Source: Iphione sp. A-MEVVRFRX5
Taxonomy: Eukaryota
Length of the DNA: 64,000 nucleotides
Assembly (NCBI GenBank): GCA_976226885.1
Contig: OZ320313.1
Span: 65,596,001-65,660,000 of the forward strand
Direction: 5' to 3'
The notes below the pieces were generated by a model. That model worked only from the letters and a program-made list of their open reading frames with translations, was not told the origin of the DNA and made no database searches. Within the stretch, counting starts at the first letter, position 1, and each line of letters begins with the position of its first letter. Positions 1-10,200 of the stretch are shown here, in pieces. The translations under genes and the position numbers were made by a program.

Positions 1-1409
1 ACATTTACGAAATTGAAACATATCATGCAAAAACATCCTTCAGAACTGCGATTAGACTTATCACTGACCCCATAACCCATCACTTCATGAAATGTTGAAA
101 AAATCTTTCCAAAATATCCATATCTCATCAATATATATATGCATGTATATCTATATGTATATATAGTAAAAGTAATAATAATATTCAAAACAAAATATAC
201 AACTGTATTTGGAATTCACCTGACATACTCTTGGGACTATATATATATAAAGATTGTTCTCATCAAGAAAATTACGACACGTTCTCTCCCTGGAGATAAA
301 ATGAACTGCACTGAATGCGGATGCCTCGCATCGTAGAGAACAAGCTAAAGCAATCGTGATGGTGTGTAACCTTTCATCTTGTGTGTGTGTGTGTGTGGTG
401 GTTTGTTTTTCTTTAGGGGGCGGGGGGTCCTATGTTTGGACTACGCTCGCAATTTAAGAAAAAAAGGGGGGGGGGGCTGAGAATACTATATACGTATATC
501 AATAACGGGGAGAAAGTTTCACAACATAGCATATATCTTCTACTCCATAATGTAAATTCCTACGTGCTAAATGTCCTCTCTATACAAATTGCAGGATTTG
601 TAGGGGAATATAGAACTTGGTTCCGGTCAGAGATATTACACGACACATGGTGTGCTAAGAATTCTTTTCTTTGATTACCTTAACCTTGGCATGGTGGCGT
701 GTCATGGATTTCTCAATAATAATCCATCAAGTCTCCAACCACAAAAACATGCTAACCTCGGATCCCTAATCTATTGACTAGAGATTATACCTAGATATAT
801 AAAATCTTCTCTTCCAATTTTTTCTTCTCAGCCGATACTCTTTGAGCAATAGTTATACATAATATATAAAAATATATTGAATAATAATTTGCATATAATG
901 TCATCACATAAATGGTTTGAAGTCTGACGGCTGCATGTTTGAACATTTCAGGGAAATTAAAAAAACAAAAAAAAGGAAAAGAACAAAAGGAAACAACATA
1001 TGTCAGCTGGGCGGGGACCCGCTGAGACGGTCCTCGCCCACCGTCGGGCTCTCGCCGAAGTAGTAACATGTAACAAAACGAGACTCTGCCTCAGCAATCA
1101 ACAACAGGACCTACTTCTGTCCCACGGAAACATAGCCATCGCCACGTCCCTTGCCTGGCCACGACCGACCCTTACGTCCCAGTAGAAAAACAATGTTAGC
1201 TGAGGTATTTTTGTTCATTCTCTTCGATAAGAAAAAAAGGGGACAATGTTTGTGCGGGTTTTTTTTTTCACCCTGTGATGTCCGTGGTTGGGTGACCCTT
1301 ACTGGCCGGCGTGCTCAGGCCAAAGGACTGGCGTTCTTTTTTTTCTTTCGCTCGCTCACTTAAGTATAAATGCATCAACTTGTAACGTTCAACTAACCTT
1401 GGTGTACAA
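1..1409 (-). other. Probable 3' UTR of the QKI long isoform, continuing past the window edge
   Basis: Lies directly downstream of the stop codon and has U-rich tracts on the transcript strand (e.g. about 955-1000). I saw no AATAAA, so the 3' end is not located. Confidence 0.55.
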
Positions 1410-1483
1410 CTAGGCAAGAGAGACCCGCGTGTAGGGGTGTTCTCTCATACCAACTGCGTGTCTGTTGACTTTACGGACAGCAC
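1410..1483 (-). CDS. QKI: QKI terminal coding exon (QKI-5/HOW(L)-like tail with RxHPY nuclear localisation motif)
   Basis: TTTTTAACCAG|GT acceptor. Encodes (G)AVRKVNRHAVGMREHPYTRVSLA* with TAG at 1410-1412, similar to QKI-5 GAVATKVRRHDMRVHPYQR and HOW REHPYQR. Not in the ORF track. Confidence 0.9.
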
Positions 1484-2118
1484 CTGGTTAAAAACAGCCC
1501 AGATTGTTAACACGATGTTCACAGTCACAAAGCTCCACACCTTTCGCTGCCTTGGAATAGCACCTTGTCAGCCCTGTAGACTTACTTTTTGAATCCTTCT
1601 ACATTGAGAATACAATGGGCGTGTGTCCCATGCGTCTTTTCGTTTTGTAGTGTTTACCCTGTTGCCTCGTGCTGCACTCCCTCTCAGTGGTGAACAGAGT
1701 CGCCTGGCCACATAAGTATAGAGGTGCAGCCTCATCACAGTTTACTTGTCCCCAGAAAGTGCAAGGCCTGAAGAGTTGTCTACATCTCCTTTCTGTACAT
1801 TCCAGGTTTCTGACACAAGTTCCAAACACAGTACCAGTTCTTCCGTCTGCGACATTTTTTTTGCTTTTGGTCAACACACATCGAGTTTCAGTTTAGCAGC
1901 CGCATCGCATGGGTTTACAGCTTGACGGCTTTGAGCTTACAGCATGATGACGGCACGCAGGCCTCGGCTGCCCCACAGGACAACCCATTATGACCACGAA
2001 AAAGTACAAAAATATTACATTACAGTGGACTGAGTGTCCCGACACAAATGATCAAAATGTTTTAAAAATAACTGTAGGTTGTTTTGATTGTAAAAAGTAA
2101 GACACTTTTCAACTAAAG

Positions 2119-2136
2119 GTTAGTAATTTTTGTTAG
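2119..2136 (-). promoter_or_regulatory. Bipartite QKI response element
   Basis: Transcript strand reads CTAACAAAAATTACTAAC: a UAAC half-site plus a UACUAAC core, fitting the ACUAAY + UAAY consensus. Confidence 0.45.
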
Positions 2137-3541
2137 ACCTGTGCAAAATCTGTAATATTGCAAGTATGTGCACCAATGTAAGCAAGGAACTCGATAAGAA
2201 ACTATGTGAGTGTCGCTGACAGGACATATGGGGATTGGATAAAGGTTTCATTGTGTCAGAAAGCTGCCAATGCACACTGCTAATATCTTTTTTTCCGATC
2301 AGATATGAGATAGTTGTTATGATCATACGTAGTAGAATTGTATACAGGGCTGACAGGATGGATTAGACAGGATGGCTAAGTGTGGTAATAATCCTTCGGA
2401 TGCTCGAGCTAGGATTATCATTGATTATGAACAACAAAACAAATCAATTTAAAGCCAGGTGTCATTTGTTATGGTCGTTGTATCATCCAGTATGTTACTT
2501 CAATCTAGTACATTCAAATGAGGTCATTCATTCAAAATCTGACATTCACAGCTATAAACACTTAAATCACAGGCAGTTGTGGAGCAATGAAATATGGCAG
2601 TCACGATGAGTATGCTCTGGAGAAGTTATCAGATATCAGCAAGGATCTCCGGGTTAGAAAATACAAATTAAACTTCAGTTCCGAAACGTTAAAGTCCATC
2701 AACAGGGTTGTTAAGCCCAACTGTAATAATTAATGTAGCGTGGTGTATTTGATGGCCTCCTTAACAAACTTAAGGCCCGAGCTGCCTGAACTTTTTGTTT
2801 TCTTTTTAGTATGCCACCTGGCTTTTAATTGGTCATCACAGAGCATTGGGTCGCAGAAAGTTAGCTGACCGTGGTCAGAGCGTTGGCACCCTACTCCTAC
2901 CTGCATTAAAAGAAAAGCGAAGATCACCATGAACACAAACTTGCTCGTCTATAAATCTAATCAGCCTGAATAACTAATGTTCTAAAAGGAAAAGAAGCGA
3001 CTACATGTTACTAAAGTTGTGATTACAGGTACTAAGCATATGCATTTTTTTCCAATTCTTAAATTTAACATAGCTTGCCCCTCGGCATCTATGTCTTTCT
3101 ACATTGTTTCCTTAAGGATCAATCGTGTTTCAGTTGCCAATATTATTAGGGGAAATATTACCAAAACAGTTACGACGAATGTAACCTTAGCCGCACTGGA
3201 GCAATGGTTATACTAATAAAAATGGACGTGGTGCAACACTTTTTTCTTAAGATTTCTGCGGAGTCACTCTTTCACACCATCCAACACCTCTGTACTGTTC
3301 TCACCGAGGCTCTTCACTGCACGTGGCCGACAGCATTCACAATCGAAACGGCACGTTTGAGGCACAGACATAGAATGAGACAGTATGGAGATTCTAACCC
3401 TCTTTTTTTTTTTTTTTTTTTCAAGTCGCCTACTCCTTTGCTACACCACTGAGCTCCTGCATGTTGCCACGTGGCAGCTGTGTGAACACCATCTGGTGGC
3501 GAACAGTACAGAGTATCGGTTTTACCGGACGTAGGACGTAC

Positions 3542-3787
3542 CCGCGGCGCTATGGTCAATCCCTGTTGGGTATTCTAGCAATGTCGGGGCAATACCGTAC
3601 GGGTACTCATAAGGATAGATAAGGCCGGCCTCGGCGGGCGAGACCAAGGGTGGGGGCCCGCCATTCATCAAGCCGGGGGAGGCCAGAGACTGCATCCGTG
3701 GCGCCAAGATGATGGGCGCACCCTGGGGCGTCGGCGATCGCATGGCGGCGGACATCCCGGGAATGGTGGGCGTCATCAGGCGCGGCT
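3542..3787 (-). CDS. QKI: QKI exon 6 (Pro-rich and Tyr-rich region)
   Basis: TCTTGCAG|AG acceptor. Encodes (Q)PRLMTPTIPGMSAAMRSPTPQGAPIILAPRM...EAGLIYPYEYPYGIAPTLLEYPTGIDHSAA(G), resembling QKI EAGLIYTPYEYPY...LEYP. Donor G|GTACGT, 246 nt, phase 1-1. Read-through gives GTSYVR* (stop 3522-3524). Confidence 0.93.
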
Positions 3788-6528
3788 CTGCAAGACAGAA
3801 GGGCATCCACAAGAGTTCGACATGCCATTCATGCGACAGTTTGTTGAGAGGCGGCTGACAGAGCGAGACGAGGGAGAGTGATAGAGAGAGAGGGGGCGTG
3901 TACAAGTAGAGTACACAATACTATAATCTGCACCGCGGTAAGAGGTACACACTAACATGACCAGCCGGCAGGTGACGGCACCGCGAGGCAGGGAGGGAGT
4001 GAGCGGACTTCCATCCCTGCTGCTTATACATGTAATTACTTACGTACGGTTTACGTATAAAGGTATCGAGGGAAGGCACCGTGAAGCGACGTCCCTGAAT
4101 GCTAGTCATGCAGGTATCACTACTGTGTACTTTCATGCCGGGGAGGACAAGCTGATCAGATTTACAGTACAAGACTTATGTACGTGCACATTCATGGATA
4201 GAGGGCTTGAGACAATCATGGACCTCCAGCAGTGGATAAACCGATCACTCCCTCCGTCCAAGTCCTTGACAAAACCAGCATGATGATTCTCTTTTGACTA
4301 CAGTATATTGCGATCCAAAAAATATCAAAATAGATCGGTAGTTCTTTATTGAAAAAGATTAAGTATACTTAACTTTATTACTTGAATATCTACTCTATAG
4401 ATTAGCTACATATATAGAATAATTACTACAATACTATATACTGTGTTCATTTAATGCGTAAGCTCTTAGTAGATAAGCATAAAGGTCTTCTGGCTTTCAA
4501 CCAAAAAGTATTAAGTTAACCATACCGCATTTACAAAACGGAAAATTTAAATATAGTGGACAAAATAAGGGAAAGACCTGCAAAAGAATATTTAACTCTT
4601 TACTTTTAAGGATTTTAACGTTAACAAGTTTTAAAATAATTCACTGTTAGCCGATCAGACTTGAGTTCACTGACATTTCAAAAGGGGAAAAAAATGGCTG
4701 GGGAGCGAGAAGCCTGTTAGCTATACAGCTGATAGTTAAGGTCGAATATGCACCTAAAAACCAAAGGAATACCTACGTTCAGTAAGTAAACCTGGGTGCA
4801 TACTAGTTTGCAATGCTCTATTCAAGTACATCTCTTCTGCAAGTAGAACAAATGTAAGACATTATAGCCGGGTCAGTACACTGTCAAAAGCCGCATTTTT
4901 TTAAACAGGGGCATTCATGTGATTGCCAATCAGGTTTTGAATGATCGAGTAATACAGGCATGTGGCTAGTTAAATTTTTATGCAATGAGATCATGTGTGG
5001 AGAAAGGCTTTGGATTTTAAGTGTCCTTTCAGCAGGATATAAATGGATAAAAATACGCCAAAAAACATCTACGGAGAGGGTTGTCGCCTTTTGTTTGTGG
5101 TCCACTCCACGCATGACCAATAATCGGTTAGGATCAGAGATGTCAGTAGTAGTGGTAGTAGGACTAGCAGTAATCCACAGTCAAATGGGGGGCGCCTTGG
5201 ATGAGCCAATGAGGGTGCGACGACCACACAGTTTAATGCATATTCGACCTTGGGACCTGTGACGCTGACCTGATGCTGTACATCCTCTTGCTAGAAGAGC
5301 CGTGCCGTTCGAGGGCGCGGGAGACTGGTCATGACGACCGCCAGGGGTCGGAACCGACTTGGGGGCGGAAACGCAGGTGGGGTAGGAAAGGCGGCACTAT
5401 CGGTCTACCACTACATGTGACTCTAATAACCCACAGAACAGGCATAACATCGAAAACAACAGGTTCAAGTGCAAAAGGTACGGAGTCTGAAATGAAGCTT
5501 TTCCTCGCACTGTCCTACTTCACCGGGTCGGAGGCAAACACCGTGGAGACATCTACCAGCACGAGGCGAAAAATACAGTTTACAGGTGAGAAAGAGTACT
5601 GCAGCAGAGTGCGGTCTCCCTCTTGTGGCATGCTGGAGTACTGCAGAGACGCTGGTTGGCACATGCAGACATGCTGCAGCTACAAGGTGGTTGGGAGGGG
5701 TCCAAGCATGCTGACGGGCAGATCCGACAAGGGAGAAGGGGGTTGGAAATAAACAGATGGCGGCATGCCCGGAATTAAAAATCAACATCTATCTGAGAAA
5801 CAAGCGAAAGGGTCACAAACAAAACGGTATCAACTGTATGTCAAAATCTTGCACTAGGTGATCTATTCTTACTCGTTACCATGACTATACTATGCCCAAA
5901 AAAAACAGTATTCACGCTCAATAAAAACAGTAACCAAGTGTTAGTTCAAAAGGACACTTCTTCAGCATCATCTAGAGAGTTATTATGGCTCAGGGAGGTA
6001 GGGTCTAGAGGAAGACGGCACACGATTAGGAGGTAGGATTCGTTTTAGTCTTAACGGAAAGACAAAATTATGTTTGTATGAACAGAAGTGTGAACAAGCA
6101 ACCCCGCTGGCTGCAAAATGTCTCGCATGTAATGAAAGTGGTGAAACTGCGAAAAGCTGTATTTATTTATGAGGTGGAAAATGTGGATTTCAGTGAACTG
6201 TAAAGTATGGCCAAGTCGTGTGAGAGTTCTACGTGTGGGTCGGGGTGGGCTCGGTTGTTACCACTGTGAATCGTCAGGTGGCGTTCCATACATTCAAGGT
6301 TCACGGAAAACGCCAGATGACGCTAGTGGCAACTACCAACAGGCGGTATTAGGAAAGGTGCCGATGCTGAGCATAGGAAAAGAGGTTCGGGAGGATCAGG
6401 TAGGGAGAGGAAGGGTTTTTTAAATACAGGGGAGAGGGCAAAACCAAATCACAGCAAGACAAGTGTGAAAGAGAACAAGCAACTTATCACCACAACACGA
6501 TTCCAACTACTGCTGTCGCCTAACTTAC

Positions 6529-6646
6529 GAGTAGATGCCGCTGTAGCTGTTTGTGTGGAGGGAGAAGATTTGGTGTCGCGATATGTTCCATTAATAATGG
6601 CAAGTTCCATGAGTTGTCTTTTCTTAAGGTCATCCTCCCCTTCGGG
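6529..6646 (-). CDS. QKI: QKI exon 5b (QUA2 domain, alternative copy B, KKRQ type)
   Basis: CTTTTCAG| [39 protein letters not shown]+C |GTAAG. 118 nt, phase 0-1. Confidence 0.93.
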
Positions 6647-6728
6647 CTGAAAAGGCACAAGAAAACATGGGACGGAGTTAGCATATTGTTAACGGTGTCA
6701 GTAGGAGAGGCGGTAAAAGAAAACTTAC

Positions 6729-6831
6729 GAGCTGTTGTGCTCGCGCACCCGATTTTCGTGTCTCGGTATGTTCCATTGATGATGGCAAGTTCCATCAGCT
6801 GCATTTTCTTCAGATCGTCCTCTCCCTCAGG
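6729..6831 (-). CDS. QKI: QKI exon 5a (QUA2 domain, alternative copy A, KKMQ type)
   Basis: TTTGCAG| [34 protein letters not shown]+C |GTAAG. 103 nt, phase 0-1. Confidence 0.93.
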
Positions 6832-7250
6832 CTGCAAACAAACGAGGTTATAGATCCATCAAGTACTGTGAGTCGATTCTGAGCTAGTTACCTGAACAAA
6901 ACCGGTTGAAGTTCTACTATATCTGGCATACCTCACACAACACTGCTCTAGTTAACGTCCTGACAAGGTCCAACGTACACCGCTACGGCCATAAATGTTA
7001 ACTGAACGTGCATTCAATAACAAACATCACCAGAATGTAATGATATCATGTTCTACTAACATGACCGTCTACTTGAAATAATGTTAATTCTTTATTTCAG
7101 CTACGATGCAGTGTTTACTTTATCTAATCCTCCCACATTAATGGCCGCTGAACATTTCAGCTAGACAACTAGAACTGACGAAGTATAACACAGAGGACTG
7201 AGTGTGCACTAATGACTACAGATATTTACCACTCAGAAGAGGTGGTCAAG

Positions 7251-7282
7251 TTATTATGATTATGATTATTATATTGGTTAGT
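7251..7282 (-). promoter_or_regulatory. QKI response element with several half-sites upstream of exon 5a
   Basis: Transcript strand reads ACTAACCAATATAATAATCATAATCATAATAA: an ACUAAC core followed by several UAAU half-sites, about 420-450 nt upstream of the 5a acceptor. Confidence 0.45.
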
Positions 7283-10200
7283 GCTGGAAAGGCAATACAG
7301 ACTTGTGCCGTTTCCTGTCCGACTGGTGATTGGCATTTGTGATGGGCACCGTCTACCGTTACTGTTGATGGTTGAATCGCTAGCGTTCTTACGGGCGACG
7401 TTCCTGTGCAGTGTTTAGTAGAGCATGCAATTGTTAAATGTCTTTTCTGTACGAAATATCTAAACAATGAACTGTGGCGCTCATTCTAAGCAGGTAACTT
7501 AGCTAACAACCCAAAGGACGCGGCGTGCGTGTCAATTATACACTTACAACTGAGGCCTTTTTTTTAACCTCGAGTTTTTGTAACCTAGTAATAAAACGGG
7601 GGACGACCAACTTGGACGGTGTGGTGGCACATATTGACGACATTAGCTGGGCCAGGTCACGGACGGTGCAAAGCCTGAGTGCTGGACGGCCACCACCACG
7701 GAGCGTGACGACGTCATGACGTAGGCCACACCAGTGGACGCGTTATCTACGCTCGGCCGCGCACCGCTCTGGCTGTACCGTCATAATGAAGACAGCACAC
7801 CGCCCTCTTTATAAGGTCTGCGTACTTAAAGCCAACCGCCCACAACTGATCACATTACTTCAACAAAGTGCAATGGATCTGTCATTGTCAACCGCCTCGT
7901 CCTCCTGCAGGGTACGGGTGCCAAGTGCCAAGTACATAATGTACACCAACTCTCAGGAAAACTGGCTGTTGGGGTCGGGATCGGGCCCGAACCTGCATCC
8001 GCGGCCAAGTCCGTTCGGGGAGCACCAAAGGGGCACTAGGGTTTTCTCATGCTTACCTTGATCCGCCAATATTGACGTACTACGTAAGGATACAGGTGGA
8101 GTGGGAGGGCGAGCGGTGGAGAGGAGGGGCAGGGCGTTTGCCGACGGGTGCGCTGGAATGCGACCAACAGCCGGCTACCCGCCGATCGAGCTCGGCAAAC
8201 ACCTTCAGTCAACAGGGGCCGAGCATCGGTGGCGTCACCTGCGACTCATCCACCGCATTCTCCCCGCTCCGTAAACGGAGAGACACGGCCCAGTGAGCAC
8301 GACCCCAGACCTCCTCCTCCTAGTCCTACTCCTCCATCGGGCGAAGCAGGCGGCGCGGGGCCCAACCACAACGTCCCGCCGCCCCACCTGGCCACAGGCC
8401 CCAGTCTCATGCAGGTCACAGCCACATACTACAACCTGTGGGAAATCGCAATCTCTCGCACCGCATCGCAACGCACTATTTAGTATGCATTAAGGCACTG
8501 CCGGTCCCAGTGGTTGGTGTCTTCTGATGTTAACCACACTAATGAACACACCCACAGATCATTTAATAATTCACTCTAGCACTGAAAGGGTGGGGTGAGG
8601 GCGTCCTACTGTGGGAATGAATATCAGCCTTCCAAGAGGCGCCACCTATGTCGGATTGATCTCATCCTTCTTTCCTACTAGATTTCTAGTTATGATCAGA
8701 TTCTTCTTCAAAGGACACACATTCTCGCGGACTTATTGGATTCAGCCCGTTTCCTCTAGTGCGGTGGGCGGGCAGGTGGGTGGAGGTTGAGGGTGCGGCG
8801 ACCCGGGGTCTGTCAAGAATGCGGATTCGGGCTGCTGGGACATAGCGTGAGCGTCTGTTCCTAGTCCTACTGCAGTCACCGCCTCATATTATCCCAACAC
8901 TGAAGTAATGCTAACCACCCCTTTGGCCCCGGTGGAGAGGCAGAGGGGCGGGGTTGCGGGGTGCGCATACAGAGCACTGGTCGCCGTGTGGAAGGAGGAC
9001 TGCTGCTTCAAAAGGGGGTGGTGGACTCCCTACTACCTGGCGTGCAGTGATAGGCGCTGCTTCCTGAGCCATGTCCAGGTTAACTACCACCTTCGGCAGG
9101 GAGCGGCCAGGGGCGCCAAGTGATGCTCTGATTCCCGGGTAAACTATCTTACGCTTTTCCCGTTTTCACCGTCTCTTCGATCATAATTTTTGTAACTACC
9201 TAACGCCACACGGCCTGCATCTTCCGCCGCCAATTGGACAGATTTCGTGACCAAAAACAGTCACGGGCCTATGTTCAACTGTTAAATTGATCACTTTTTT
9301 TTATTAATGTGTCGCTGTATTGCAGTGGGCGCCCCGACCCGACCCGATCACTTCAATGAAATTCGCTCATAAGCCGCAGAGTCGGTTCACTTAAACATGC
9401 CCTACTGCGCAGGTGGCAGTACTACAGACAGGGCGCCGCCTGGCGGTCACGGTGGAAGATCCACGGTCAGAGACCTGCGCGCTCATGTCGTCGTCATGTC
9501 GCCATGTGACGGTACGTTGTATGCACTCGCGAGGAGGGCGGGGGACGGGGATGTGGGGGGGTGTGGGGGGTGGGGGGCACGGGGGCACTCCGTCCTGGTG
9601 ACATTACGAGCGTGAACAATGACAACTAATGGCAGCCTGTCAAGACGGTGGCGGCGGTGGCGTCCGCGGCCTACGCGTTGCTCTGCGTCCTGAGTGTTAG
9701 CGACCTGCTGGTAGACGTTTTGTTAGCAGCGCTCCAAGCCATTCCGGCCTGACCGGCGACCTGTTGAGTCGTGTCGCGGCCAATATGGTGCAGGAGAAGA
9801 GATCACCCTGGCGGGAGGGTGAGTCTTAGGTCTCTCTAACTCGGCGCCGGGAAGGGGGGGGGGGCAATACTGCCTGCTGGCGCGTAATAACAATCGCACG
9901 CCCTCGGCTACACCGCCCCAGCCAAGCCGATCCGACTTGATCCGCGTGGTTTTAATCCCCCACCGGTTATAGACGTACATGGTATGTAGCACAATAACCG
10001 CCCTCTGATTTGACAGGGGTTGGGGGGGGGGGGGTGAGATCTCGGCGCCATGACAGCATATCTCTAAATGGACCGCCGATCTAAACAAACGGGAGCTTAA
10101 CAAACGGGATACGTTCCTATGAGAGCACCTTAAACCTGGGATCGAGGGAAGTTCAGCAGTCGATGTTGAGGTTCTTCGGTAATGGCCATTGGGCATTTTC

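Noticed and set aside
791-1069. Minus-strand ORF in the 3' UTR as an extra terminal exon
   Set aside because: Weak acceptor (CGAG), no similarity to QKI tails, and the upstream exon already contains the stop.
6449-6528. Hydrophobic read-through tail after exon 5b ([15 protein letters not shown]) as a membrane anchor
   Set aside because: Expected from translating pyrimidine-rich intron sequence; there is no evidence of intron retention.
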